Assembly (NCBI GenBank): GCA_000165345.1
Contig: CM000431.1
Span: forward strand, 736,001 to 800,000
Direction: 5' to 3'
Length of the DNA stretch: 64,000 bases
Shown: one piece after another, positions 20,801-30,500 of the stretch
Numbering within the stretch: position 1 is the first letter of the stretch
How the letters are laid out: every line of letters starts with the position of its first letter
Notes under the pieces: generated by a model
What the model was told of the DNA's origin: nothing
The model's input: only the letters and a program-made list of their open reading frames with translations
The model's database searches: none
Program-made: the position numbers and the translations under genes

Positions 20801-23800
20801 TCATAATCTTGCTTATTAATAATCCCATTAAATAAATTAATATTTAGGCTAGCTATTATTAATAATTTAATTGTATATTTAACGAGTTTATGTAATTTAA
20901 AGTCCTTGATTATAATCGATACTAAAATATTTATTATATTACAAAGATTATTTGATTTTCTTTTTGGAGGAGGAATATATAATTTTTCAAGATTGTTATT
21001 TAAATTGCCATGAAGTAAAAATAGCTTATTAGTATCATAAAATGAATTTGTTGTGATGAATTCATTGTTAACATATCCAGATTTTGTATAACCGTCGAAA
21101 AACTGAAAAAAAATATTGTCAATTTGTTCATAATCTAAAATACAGTTTTCAACTTCTCGATGATTAAATTTATCATTATTGCAATCTGAGCTGAGCTCAT
21201 CAAATGACAATAAAGAATAAAGAATGTGTAAAAGCAAATTTTTTGGTAGGTTATCTGTTTGTTTGTTCAAGGAGCTTTTATAATATGTTAAATCTTGAAT
21301 TTTTGCCTTATTTAAAATTGAATGTGAGCTCATTAAAATAAAATCATTGAAAGTTTTAGCAGCTTCATTATTTATCAATATATGAATTCTTGTAATTGGC
21401 AGCTTAAAACCTTTATTTTTTGATTGCTTTTCATGAGAACTCTCAAATAATTTTGTACTATATGAGTTTATTATTGCGTAAAATATTTCTAATAGGTTTT
21501 CGGAACTTCCTGGATGGTCGCACTTCAAAATAAAATTGATATAAATTATACATAGCTTATAGGAAAAATAATAGCATTTTTTAGAGTTAAATGCGATATT
21601 AAGACGATTCAAAAATGAATTCAAGTATAAATTTGATGTGATAAAATCATTAGGAATTGAATTTAGTTGATTATGAGATTCCTCAAAAATTGAATCAATG
21701 GTAATTTTTGCCAAAATGATTTTAATAAAATTACAGACTTCTTCGATAATTCTAGAAAAGTTTTGATTTAAGTTTTGGTTATAAAATCGTTCTGAAGGAT
21801 CTAATTCTTGAATTAACTCATCATGAAATTTATTTGAATAGTTAGAAATAAACTCAGAGTCGGATAAAATAAATAATAATAACGTAAATAAATAAAGAAT
21901 CTTCAATAAGTTCCAACACAAACGTTTAAAATTATTTTCAGAGTTAAATATAAATTCTGAAATAAAAGACATGTTGAGTAAGTTTATGATGCTTTGTAGT
22001 GGAATATTGTTATTCCCAAATATCAATACGTTAATATCAAAATTATTAGAACAGAAATTCTGAATTCTTGTAATTAACTCAAAAAATATTACTTCACTTA
22101 AAAAAAAGTAAATATTGTTAATTATATCCAACATTTCAAAGTTTTTCAAGTTGAATAAAGTTTTTAATAATATGATTATGCTTTCTCTCTGGCTTTCTAA
22201 ATCAATGGATAATTTTTTCATATAGTAATATAGTAAAATATTGGACACATAGTATTCTCTAGGCCGAATTATTTTAGATAATTTTTTCAGTATTGAAAAT
22301 GCACGATTAAAAGAAGGTAAATTATGTGGTTGAATAGTGTTAAAATGAAATTGATCAAAAATCTTACAAAATTTTTTATTATTGATTAGTAGGTTATTGA
22401 CTAAATTCTTGCATTCGTTTGACGATGAAAATAATTGAGATTGAATATTTGGCATTACTGACTCAACGATACATCTCTTGAGAATGATACTGCAGTCAAA
22501 TAGATCTCCATTTAAATCTTCAAAAGAGAAAGTTTCTAAAAACAGAAGAAATATAGGCAAATATAAGTCAACCTTATCACTAGAAATCTGAAGTCCAATA
22601 GAAGTTCTTAGGAAATTGAATATTTTATGTAACCATGAATAGTATACATCTCTAATTTTAAGTGGAAAAGTCTTATTCAATAATATTTTATTACTTAAAA
22701 TAAAAAATTGACCAAATATTGAAATAATACGAGACAAAACCCCCGAGCAGATATTTAATGGCTTAATATTGCAAATAATGATGTATAAGCATTCCATTTC
22801 ATTTAACAGGCAATTTCTTTCTGATAAATTTTTCATTTCTGAAGGTTTTATTGATAGAGATAGTAACTCTAATATTCTCGACAGAGAAATTGAATTATTA
22901 GAAGTTAGAGTTTTAATAAAATAATCACCGTGAATTTTGGAATATGGTTTTTTTTTGGAGTCAAAAATAACTACCAAACTAAAGTTATTAGTTAAATAAT
23001 CTCCACCTTCAAATTCATTTTCCCAAAACAAACATTCACTTCTTTTCAACTCAATTAGTGTTTGTATTTGAATAAAGTTTAATTCCGTAATAAATGAATT
23101 ATCTAATCTCAAAATTTCTTCAAAAAAACGATCAAATATTAAGGGTAATTTTTCATAATAATATTTTCTATCTGCTTTTTTTAATATTTGAAGTATTCTA
23201 GTAAATATGTCAGACTTTCCTTCTGGAGTTATTATTTCTTTTTTTTCAAAATTATTATGATCTCTTTTAATAATTTGAATCGACGTAAATAAAATAAAAT
23301 CTAAAAAAAAGTTTTCTTCTAATCCATTGTTAATTTCTTCTTTTAAAAAAACCCTTTTTCCGAGATTAAACCAAGCCAAAATTAAATTTTGTGATGAAGA
23401 AGATATATTATGTATTGAAAGTGAGTATACTAAATAGTATATAAGCTGGATTTCAACAAAACTATGATCTAATTGAGTAAGGTCAAGCTGATCTATGCTT
23501 AAGTTAATAAATCTGTTTAATTTACAAAATTGATTTTTGAATTTATGATTTTTTGAATGATTTAATATTCCGTTGAAAAGTATATTTAATGATAAAAATT
23601 TATTTTTATTATTATTGAAACTATTGTTTAATATTAAGTTCATAAACCAATTTAATGGACCTGAGCTTATTTCTTCAATGATATCTTGTTCAAAAATTGA
23701 ATCTAGAACTAATAGATAGTCAACAAATTCCTCCAAAATTTGGTTAGCCAATTTGGAATGGTAATTAATCGGTTGGTCTAAAAATGAAAAGATGATATCT

Positions 23801-25128
23801 GAAATAGGTGTTAAATAAAAGCAAAGGGCTGATAAATTAATCGAAGTTTTGTCTATACTTGAAATTTCATATTTAAATCTTGAAATCCAAATTACAAGAG
23901 ATTGCAATCCATACGCTGAGTCTTCATCTGACTTGTAATCAGTTATTAAGCACGCCAATGAGTGAAATGATACTTCAAAGATTTCATGATTATTAATAGG
24001 ATTTTTAAATTGAACAGCATCATGTATCATTGAGCAACAAAGAACTAATCCTCGGTAAAATGCCACTTGACAAACATTCGAAAATTTGCATTTTTGAACA
24101 TGCTCTTTAACATTTTTCGCAATTTTATTCATGCTTTTTATATATAAGTCATTTTTATCATCATACGTAACTTGTTCACTAATATACAATAATGACAAAA
24201 ATAGTCCAATTGATGTTATTAAATCTTTGTTAAATTTGTCAAGACTATTTGAGCACAAAATTCTGTAAAAAATAGAATTAATCACCTTTTTCGTAATTTT
24301 CCCATCCTTGTGTTCGCCTAAAACAGTATTAAAAAGAATTTTAGTATATTTTATTAAACTACTAAATGAATTGCTGCAGCATATCACAATACTAGAAATA
24401 CGGTTTAATATAGATATAATGGATAATAATATTTGCTGATCAATTTCAAAATAATGATCTATAGTATTTTCCATATTATTACTGTTTAGAAAAGATGTTA
24501 TTTTGTAAGCAAAATCTGGGGTTTGAAGTAAATAAATTAATATTTTTTTTAATACCAAATCTAAATTATATATTCCTTCAAATAATATTGGTAATACATT
24601 GTTAGAACGTAAAGTTTCTTTGTTATTAAGTCCTGCAGACGAAACTAACATTTCAAATAAGTCGTTGAGGATAAATTGAACAGAATAAATATATTTTTCA
24701 ATTAACAATTGATTTTCTCCCTTAAGTAAGTTAGAATTATTAGTATAAAAATCTGTATTAATATCTTCAATCATATTTTCCACAACAAAATTGACCAAGT
24801 TATTAAAACTATCAAGGACAAATTGGGTGTATTCTGAAATATTTGGTTGAATTATCTTCGATTTCTGCATAAAGCTTCGTAGGTAATTCAATAATTTTCT
24901 CTTTAGGTTTCTGTTATTTTCTACGAAAGCAATTAGTAGTAGTATTAGGCAACAGGACCTACTTATGCTAGAAACGTCTGTTGAACATATCTTCCCTTCT
25001 GCATTTCCATATTCGAAATCAATTTCTAGACCTAATCCAATTTCACGAATGATTTGAGCAACATCTTTCTTCACATAAGGGTATCTATAAAAATATCTAT
25101 TTGATAATTTGATCAATAAATTATTCAT
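17863..25128 (-). CDS. Very large (about 2420 aa) hypothetical protein, probably an alpha-helical (HEAT/ARM-like) scaffold
   Basis: The ORF is uninterrupted. The track start at 25146 is GTG and the first in-frame ATG is 25128 (MNNLLIKLSNRYFYRY...). No catalytic or nucleotide-binding motif is recognisable. A leucine/isoleucine-rich helical repeat character runs throughout. Confidence 0.6.
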   Translation of the reverse strand: MNNLLIKLSNRYFYRYPYVKKDVAQIIREIGLGLEIDFEYGNAEGKICSTDVSSISRSCCLILLLIAFVENNRNLKRKLLNYLRSFMQKSKIIQPNISEYTQFVLDSFNNLVNFVVENMIEDINTDFYTNNSNLLKGENQLLIEKYIYSVQFILNDLFEMLVSSAGLNNKETLRSNNVLPILFEGIYNLDLVLKKILIYLLQTPDFAYKITSFLNSNNMENTIDHYFEIDQQILLSIISILNRISSIVICCSNSFSSLIKYTKILFNTVLGEHKDGKITKKVINSIFYRILCSNSLDKFNKDLITSIGLFLSLLYISEQVTYDDKNDLYIKSMNKIAKNVKEHVQKCKFSNVCQVAFYRGLVLCCSMIHDAVQFKNPINNHEIFEVSFHSLACLITDYKSDEDSAYGLQSLVIWISRFKYEISSIDKTSINLSALCFYLTPISDIIFSFLDQPINYHSKLANQILEEFVDYLLVLDSIFEQDIIEEISSGPLNWFMNLILNNSFNNNKNKFLSLNILFNGILNHSKNHKFKNQFCKLNRFINLSIDQLDLTQLDHSFVEIQLIYYLVYSLSIHNISSSSQNLILAWFNLGKRVFLKEEINNGLEENFFLDFILFTSIQIIKRDHNNFEKKEIITPEGKSDIFTRILQILKKADRKYYYEKLPLIFDRFFEEILRLDNSFITELNFIQIQTLIELKRSECLFWENEFEGGDYLTNNFSLVVIFDSKKKPYSKIHGDYFIKTLTSNNSISLSRILELLSLSIKPSEMKNLSERNCLLNEMECLYIIICNIKPLNICSGVLSRIISIFGQFFILSNKILLNKTFPLKIRDVYYSWLHKIFNFLRTSIGLQISSDKVDLYLPIFLLFLETFSFEDLNGDLFDCSIILKRCIVESVMPNIQSQLFSSSNECKNLVNNLLINNKKFCKIFDQFHFNTIQPHNLPSFNRAFSILKKLSKIIRPREYYVSNILLYYYMKKLSIDLESQRESIIILLKTLFNLKNFEMLDIINNIYFFLSEVIFFELITRIQNFCSNNFDINVLIFGNNNIPLQSIINLLNMSFISEFIFNSENNFKRLCWNLLKILYLFTLLLFILSDSEFISNYSNKFHDELIQELDPSERFYNQNLNQNFSRIIEEVCNFIKIILAKITIDSIFEESHNQLNSIPNDFITSNLYLNSFLNRLNIAFNSKKCYYFSYKLCIIYINFILKCDHPGSSENLLEIFYAIINSYSTKLFESSHEKQSKNKGFKLPITRIHILINNEAAKTFNDFILMSSHSILNKAKIQDLTYYKSSLNKQTDNLPKNLLLHILYSLLSFDELSSDCNNDKFNHREVENCILDYEQIDNIFFQFFDGYTKSGYVNNEFITTNSFYDTNKLFLLHGNLNNNLEKLYIPPPKRKSNNLCNIINILVSIIIKDFKLHKLVKYTIKLLIIASLNINLFNGIINKQDYDSDYILFQRYRCSIHSNHILAKLISKSKSSSGTNTLCEIFDLSLLCGSLFSAFNNIKIYDLKVKDENGFALCNSSLNLMSALLKRFSFKANGIESNIEYISKTNNRCEILNNDFKTTPGSDDLPILFNKVLKDVLSIVLNKQFDYNCVNSLISEINTSTRFSLKSIKRISGIFEPCIIDILLNSTHTQFQGMVLLLLTEISISWADCSYELAICIIKSIYSSSYFVRMYSSKLLGEIIFLTLNIPNLSLHPLNEISNANLDGILLEIFINNSNNQASKANSLLNLIFQSIKFSINNSENKYNLIHGILNLGIVLMKKFKNQSCWNSFKSIDNSIYENLLVFIRDSFTTFKHPLLRITALELMSLLFELEFPINEKSNCLENLIYYWKNISSKSKTLYIDFSNLNNNLYLSISHPKNYFNENLSEHIYLIKIIVNNVFKYIDSGELNSLICLSPAFDKIIHPKILLEFYSSIIDILSISEKKDTFVQKLFNLIDNNLKSIKHLISANNKEQYINEKTKIRKLSILTDLVKVLTGCLSFIGYNYKLSFVFLENEQSDSIIESVFDLIYHQELSKYKTSEGEDENSEEKTDIDLINSKIGRFFFEDQIAILEFSIFFIRFYKNIARHDSIPYFIVYELEKIVFDKILKMVCNNICNGTQLTLEKKCLICKIIRTIFESLETELFLEIKVEKNDRIRNLFCTKIGINDIHEGTILFLLCFNHNYWYNLMVCLIYLITDEAASIENKAILTFNSFIHIIKYFCSNFLHQNEDSHGSGLNCYNEYENQIKQIVLLNDQNSCLFSIIILDVISESLRSMETQNNSVFFPREIDNICNEYLNISQVATCQIFKYFKAISQKTLNSDEISKIELHFEQWGTQIKSQINLFKRVYDCIKECPTQLISIELFGSVLIDEVSILTFVISIRKLIIISKYREINNREDIFENSSFYISFFEKRLDFLLSNIHEKKINFSNYNAKDFAGNLTK
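17876..17887 (-). promoter_or_regulatory. TTTTGCGGGGAA (minus strand), an E2F-like element 45-57 bp upstream of the TBC gene ATG and inside the last codons of the upstream giant gene
   Basis: Read directly. The spacer between the two genes is only 32 bp. Confidence 0.35.
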
Positions 25129-25773
25129 AAAAAGATAATTTAGCACTGAAAAAAAATACTTAAACTGAAAGCTAATTGTATTAATATTAATAGATTTTTA
25201 GAGCAAATAGATTAGACTAGGAATTTTGGATTACCTGCTATTAAAGAACGATATTCATCAACCAATCCAATAAGATGGAATTTCAGACTGGGGCGACAAG
25301 GAAGTCGTCATGAATCAACGCAAATTGTCAATCATCATACACTCCAATACTTACTGAAAATGCGAAGACCAAGGCTAATTGAAATTCAATACCTTAGTAG
25401 AATAATAATTTGAGCTCAGTTATTAGTTGTTTCTTCAAAAATACAATATTTCAGAAACACGGAAACCAAATACATCATTGCATTTAAAAATCGCATTTAA
25501 GTGATAAACTCCATCCGTAATAGAGGTAAAATCGATCCCTAAGCCATGGTAAACTTACGAATAAATTATAATCTTCACATTTCATTTAGGACACGGTAGT
25601 ATATAAAATTAATCTAGCTTAGCAATAATTTGATAGTTTGATAAGAGCCTCAGGACAATACATTATGCCGTCTAATTAAACTCGGCGCCCATGTCATTTT
25701 CGCCTTGAAAGAGATTCGAATGATTTGAAGCCAATTCCTTTTTTCGCAAACAACTTTTTATTAGACTGCTATT

Positions 25774-26847
25774 CTAATTTATGGGTTTATTTTGTATTGA
25801 AAATGATTCAGCAGAAAAAATACCGTCTTCTGTAACAATTGCGTTTATGAACTTGGGGGGGATTACGTCGTAGCAAGGGATAAATGTAGCTATTTGCGGT
25901 TTAGGTAAACTTTCCGAGTTTTCTGGAACATATTGGAGGTTATCAGATATGCCTTGTTCAACGACTTCGTTGAAAACTGTTGAATACTCAAAGTAATTCT
26001 TTTCGCATAGTTTATATGATTCTGAAACGATCATTACAGGAATGTGGTGTATATTTGCAAGCATTGCAACAAGTGATGATCCAGAACGATTCATTACATA
26101 TCCATTAGAAAATATTGCACAAGAACCAATAATTACTTTGGTTGCGTACCTCAAATGGTAGGCCAAACAATTAAGTAATGTATAGGTTATTTTTATCCCC
26201 TTTAGAGATAGTTTTTTAGCAATGTCTTGACTACTGGAATCAAGGTTGTTCTTTGAATCAACGACAATTAGTTGAAAGTTCTTGTTCATTTCTGCAGCCT
26301 TAAATAATGATTTGATTACAGAGCTAGAATTGGAATATGTAACTATTACATCGCCGTCAGTAATATATTTGTTTGAAACTAAATATGAAATTCTTTCACA
26401 TGCGTTCACAATTCTTTGATAAATATAAGTTTTTATACTAGAAATTAGTTGGTTTATTATTTCATTTGGTGGGAGAGATGGATTAATTTTGCATATTTGT
26501 TTTTTTAGCCATTTAATCACGTTCCCCATCGCAATGTTATGTTGTCTCTGCGATGTTATATATGAGATATGCACGTCTAAAACCATCTTTAAATGCTTTT
26601 CAATACTTTTGTATGGAGGACAGTAATAATCCTCAAGCATTTGCCCAATGGCAATTAGCAGGCATTTACTCCTCATATTTGTACCAACAATTTTCCTGTC
26701 TTTCATTCTCATTCCCAATCTCAAAATAGCAGGATGGATTTTAGACTGATCCAGTATCGAAATAAAAGAGTGTGAAATGGAATTCCTACCGAAGTATGGG
26801 CATATAGGACAATTAAATATGTTTTGTACAACATTTTTTTTCTCCAT
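25774..26847 (-). CDS. Translation initiation factor eIF2B subunit (alpha/beta/delta family fold)
   Basis: The C-terminal half has the eIF2B-family architecture. The stretch KVIIGSCAIFSNGYVMNRSGSSLVAMLANIHHIPVMIVSESYK aligns to the motif VGA(D/E)xVxxNGGxxNKIGTxxxAxxAKxxxxPFYVxAExxKF. Length is 357 aa. Confidence 0.65.
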   Translation of the reverse strand: MEKKNVVQNIFNCPICPYFGRNSISHSFISILDQSKIHPAILRLGMRMKDRKIVGTNMRSKCLLIAIGQMLEDYYCPPYKSIEKHLKMVLDVHISYITSQRQHNIAMGNVIKWLKKQICKINPSLPPNEIINQLISSIKTYIYQRIVNACERISYLVSNKYITDGDVIVTYSNSSSVIKSLFKAAEMNKNFQLIVVDSKNNLDSSSQDIAKKLSLKGIKITYTLLNCLAYHLRYATKVIIGSCAIFSNGYVMNRSGSSLVAMLANIHHIPVMIVSESYKLCEKNYFEYSTVFNEVVEQGISDNLQYVPENSESLPKPQIATFIPCYDVIPPKFINAIVTEDGIFSAESFSIQNKPIN

Positions 26848-26880
26848 TATATTAAAAACCTAGTAAATACTAAAAAAAAA

Positions 26881-26891
26881 TTGCGCCCAAA
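26881..26891 (-). promoter_or_regulatory. TTTGGGCGCAA (minus strand), 35-45 bp upstream of the eIF2B-subunit gene ATG
   Basis: Read directly. Confidence 0.3.
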
Positions 26892-27046
26892 TAAATCGTA
26901 CTTAACTTTTATTAACAGAGCTGACATATATTTCGATTTATAGGCCAGCATTTACTGTTGGATATAGTTTTAGCAACAAAATCAAATAAAATTACCCTCC
27001 AATAAATTTACTCAATCCTTTTAGATTTGAGTGGATTTCAAAATAT

Positions 27047-28747
27047 TTATATATTGCTTTCTGTTTTTCCATAGGCAATTCTTTTTAAATTGTCAGTAGT
27101 ACTCTTGACACGTTGACCCACGCCGATCACCGTGTTTTCCATATTCAAGTTTGCGTCATTACCTGATTCTGAGTCACTGGGGTATGATATAAATGGATAT
27201 GTTCTTTTTTGTAATGCTGGCGTTGTAAGACATAATTCTTGCGAACGATGAAGGAGAAGCCCTTCAGATCCAACGTCGTAATCATTTGAGGGAATAATAG
27301 TCCCTGATTGTGCAGGTTGAGAGTTTGACATTCTATTTTGTTTATGGACTATTGACAGCCTTTTAACCATATCGATTGTACCTAAAATATCAAAACTGTT
27401 GGAAGGGGTAATTGAAGTAGAAGATGACGTGCTCATAAGAGAATCAACCATGTATGCATTTATTCTATCTTTTCCCCTCAGTGTATTTGTAGCATACTTT
27501 GACCTTAGCATTTGTAGATGCTTTTTTGGGACGTTGATGCCTAAATGGTGAATAAACGGAAAGTCTCGAATTAAAATCTCTGGATGAAAATCTGCAATTT
27601 CTTCGTATACCTTATTCTGTAACAGTCTCTTTGTTGGCTCAAAGTTGTCGAAAGACCAATCAATAGAATCAGTAGTGTTGGAATCCAATGAGATTAATTC
27701 TGGTTCAATAGAGTTATTTGATTTAAACTGAATGTTATGAGCACTAGATGATTTTGGAGAGTCGTACCCTGAGTTAATATTAATTCCATTGAAATATGGA
27801 TGCGATAGAGCCTCTTCAGCTGTTATTCGCTTTTTTGGATTAAAGCTTAGCATTTTTTCAATAAGGTCAATAGCTTCAGGGCAATTAAATCCAGGGAATA
27901 AAGTTGAAATATGCCTACCCTTATAGTTTGGAAGCGTGTCTAAGTACTTTCTCGCATTCTCGGTACTCCCCTTGTAAGGAAGCCAGGAATCTAAGTCATC
28001 TCTGCTTGGGGTACCCAAACAAGAAATAATAGCTTTAAGTTGATCTAGATGGTCATGACCAGCAAACAAAGCACTCCTTTTAATTAATTCAGCAAAAATA
28101 CAGCCTGCACTCCATATATCCACAGCTTTATCGTATCTATTTACACACAAAATTATTTCGGGTGCCCTGTACCATCTCGTAACTACATAATCTGTTAATT
28201 CGTCCTTGCTTTTATCAATATCACAGACATTTCCTCTTGCTAAGCCAAAATCACAAATCTTTAAATCACATGATAAGTTTACAAGGATATTTGATGGCTT
28301 CAGATCACGGTGTATAATATTTACCTTATGTAGGTAAGATAATCCTCTCAAAATTTGATACATAAAATATTGTATATGCTCATTTGTCAGTGTCTGTTTA
28401 CTATATATCACACGGTGCAAATCTGTCTCCATTAACTGAGTAACAATATATATATCTTCAAAATTCGGAGAGTCTGGAGGAAGAAGATCAATAATACCCA
28501 AAATGTTTTCGTGTTGAAGCTGCCTTAAAAGCTTAATTTCTCTTAGAATTCTCTTTGCATCTATTAAGTCCTGAAATGCATCAAATATCTTCTTTACTGC
28601 AATATAAGATCCTCGAGATTTATCGTAAAATGAAACTACACATCCATAGGCACCACTTCCAACTTTTTTAATAAACTTGTAATGCTCGGGAACTGTGTAC
28701 GTGCTTCCATCTTCTACATTTACAGTAATATTTTTTGTGATTTTCAT
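27047..28747 (-). CDS. Mitogen-activated protein kinase (ERK-like, TDY activation motif)
   Basis: The track start is TTG and the first in-frame ATG is 28747. Motifs seen: GSGAYGCV, HRDLKPSNILVN, DFGLAR, TDYVVTRWYRAPEI. A C-terminal low-complexity tail follows. Confidence 0.85.
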   Translation of the reverse strand: MKITKNITVNVEDGSTYTVPEHYKFIKKVGSGAYGCVVSFYDKSRGSYIAVKKIFDAFQDLIDAKRILREIKLLRQLQHENILGIIDLLPPDSPNFEDIYIVTQLMETDLHRVIYSKQTLTNEHIQYFMYQILRGLSYLHKVNIIHRDLKPSNILVNLSCDLKICDFGLARGNVCDIDKSKDELTDYVVTRWYRAPEIILCVNRYDKAVDIWSAGCIFAELIKRSALFAGHDHLDQLKAIISCLGTPSRDDLDSWLPYKGSTENARKYLDTLPNYKGRHISTLFPGFNCPEAIDLIEKMLSFNPKKRITAEEALSHPYFNGININSGYDSPKSSSAHNIQFKSNNSIEPELISLDSNTTDSIDWSFDNFEPTKRLLQNKVYEEIADFHPEILIRDFPFIHHLGINVPKKHLQMLRSKYATNTLRGKDRINAYMVDSLMSTSSSTSITPSNSFDILGTIDMVKRLSIVHKQNRMSNSQPAQSGTIIPSNDYDVGSEGLLLHRSQELCLTTPALQKRTYPFISYPSDSESGNDANLNMENTVIGVGQRVKSTTDNLKRIAYGKTESNI

Positions 28748-28829
28748 TATTTCATAGATTATCAAAATAATCTACATTACGAATTTATAATCTTACGGCC
28801 TTTTAGTGGTACATTTCAATATTAATAAT

Positions 28830-28850
28830 CCCACATGTTAAACATGTGGG
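28830..28850. promoter_or_regulatory. Perfect 21-bp palindrome CCCACATGTT-A-AACATGTGGG in the divergent MAPK/PKA intergenic region
   Basis: Read directly from the sequence: 10-bp arms that are exact reverse complements around a single central A. It lies ~85-100 bp upstream of the MAPK ATG at 28747. Confidence 0.5.
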
Positions 28851-29098
28851 CATTTTACCGCCTTAGCTACGGCACGACGTTCTTTGAGTGGAAATTATGA
28901 AGTTACAAAAAATTTACAACCAAATATTCATTGAAAAATTTATTAAAGGAGTTGAAAGTGTGTCGCCAATTACAAGTTAATAAAATGAATTTGAATGGTA
29001 AAAATTTAATTGATACATATTTTTAGCGAATAAGCAATAGTATATAGAGCTTCTAGATTTAATTTTTTTGTATTGCAATTACAAATTTGAATAATCAT

Positions 29099-29127
29099 GG
29101 CGCCCTAAGCGCCTATGTTCATGCATG
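29099..29127. promoter_or_regulatory. GC-rich element GGCGCCCTAAGCGCC (inverted GGCGC arms) followed by the palindromic CATGCATG
   Basis: Read directly. It lies ~200 bp upstream of the PKA ATG, in a stretch that is GC-richer than its surroundings. Confidence 0.45.
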
Positions 29128-29321
29128 ACAGAAAAATCAGCGAGTGTAGACGGAGTGTGCAAAGCGAATTAATGTCTTAGTCTATAGTGTTGTATCTAAA
29201 GCCGTGCTCTCGCTCATATTTTTATAGCTATACACATACTTCGGTCCCAGACAATAATTATATTATATTTTTTGCTTAGTACCGTAGGGGACTTAATTTG
29301 GTATTATTCAAATTATTACGA

Positions 29322-30500
29322 ATGGATGGAATTTGGAAAAGACTTGTTTCTGGAGGGAAGAATCACTCTTCAAAAGAGGGCGGCAATAGTCAGAAAAATG
29401 CAGTTGCTGCTAACAATCGGACATGTGAAAATGGCCGAAGTTTAGATTTTAATACCAATAATAAGTCCCACAATAATCCAAATAATGACACCCGTTATCC
29501 TGCTACTTCAAACATGAACAAGCATGACACGGATATATCAGGGAATAACCAGAAAAAATATAGCATCGACGATTTTCAGCTTATTAGAACATTAGGAACA
29601 GGCTCGTTCGGAAGAGTTTTCTTATCTAAGCACAAGGAAGATAATAGCATTTATGCAATAAAAAGACTTAAAAAGAGTGTGGTTATTCGGCAAAAGCAGG
29701 TGGACCATATTACAAATGAAAAAGCGATTCTTTCAAGAATTAAACATCCATTTTTAGTTAGAATGTTTGGAACATTTAAAGATGACCGATATTTATACAT
29801 TATGATGGAATTTGTTATAGGGGGAGAGTTTTTCACATACCTAAGAAGGTGTAGGCACTTTGACAATGAAACTTCGAGGTTTTATGCTGCGCAAGTCGTG
29901 TTAATGTTTGAATATTTGCACGGAAAAAACATTATATATAGAGATCTTAAACCAGAAAATATTCTAATTGACAAAGATGGGTATTTGAAGCTAACTGATT
30001 TTGGATTTGCAAAGGCAATCGAATATAGGACGTTTACACTTTGTGGGACGCCTGAATATATCGCTCCAGAAGTTCTTTTAAACAAGGGCCATGGAAAGCC
30101 GGTTGATTGGTGGACGCTGGGCATATTGATATATGAAATGGTTGTAGGCTTTCCCCCTTTTTATGATGATGAACCTATGGGTATCTATCAAAAAATTCTA
30201 GCGGGTAAGATTTTTTTCCCTAAGTATTTTGACAAAAATTGTAAAAGTTTGGTAAAAAGACTACTTACTCCGGATTTAACAAAAAGATATGGTAACCTCA
30301 AAGGTGGTGTTAGTGATATAAAACTACACAAGTGGTTTTATAATTATGACTTTAATTCTTTGATATCAAGGAAAGTTGACCCCCCGTATATTCCTAAGGT
30401 CAACTCGTATGATGATTCATCGAATTTTGAAGAATATCCAGATAGCCATGAACAACCTACTACTGTTACAGGTAATGCTGATCCATTCGTTGACTGGTAG
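29322..30500 (+). CDS. cAMP-dependent protein kinase catalytic subunit-like (AGC kinase)
   Basis: The track start at 29298 is TTG and the ATG is at 29322. Motifs seen: GTGSFGRV, AIKRLKK, YRDLKPENILID, DFGFAK, GTPEYIAPE. There is an N-terminal extension of ~100 aa before the glycine loop. Confidence 0.8.
   Translation: MDGIWKRLVSGGKNHSSKEGGNSQKNAVAANNRTCENGRSLDFNTNNKSHNNPNNDTRYPATSNMNKHDTDISGNNQKKYSIDDFQLIRTLGTGSFGRVFLSKHKEDNSIYAIKRLKKSVVIRQKQVDHITNEKAILSRIKHPFLVRMFGTFKDDRYLYIMMEFVIGGEFFTYLRRCRHFDNETSRFYAAQVVLMFEYLHGKNIIYRDLKPENILIDKDGYLKLTDFGFAKAIEYRTFTLCGTPEYIAPEVLLNKGHGKPVDWWTLGILIYEMVVGFPPFYDDEPMGIYQKILAGKIFFPKYFDKNCKSLVKRLLTPDLTKRYGNLKGGVSDIKLHKWFYNYDFNSLISRKVDPPYIPKVNSYDDSSNFEEYPDSHEQPTTVTGNADPFVDW

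Noticed and set aside
25700-25730. gagattcgaatgatttg resembling a tRNA T-loop (GTTCGAAT)
   Set aside because: No acceptor-stem complement, no D-arm and no anticodon arm can be drawn around it, so it is not a tRNA.
29150-29215. Partial similarity (AGTGTTGTATCT) to the U2 snRNA 5' region (AGTGTAGTATCT)
   Set aside because: The branch-point-pairing GUAGUA is broken, and no Sm site or U2 stem-loop I is present. It is more likely the 5' UTR or promoter of the PKA-like gene.
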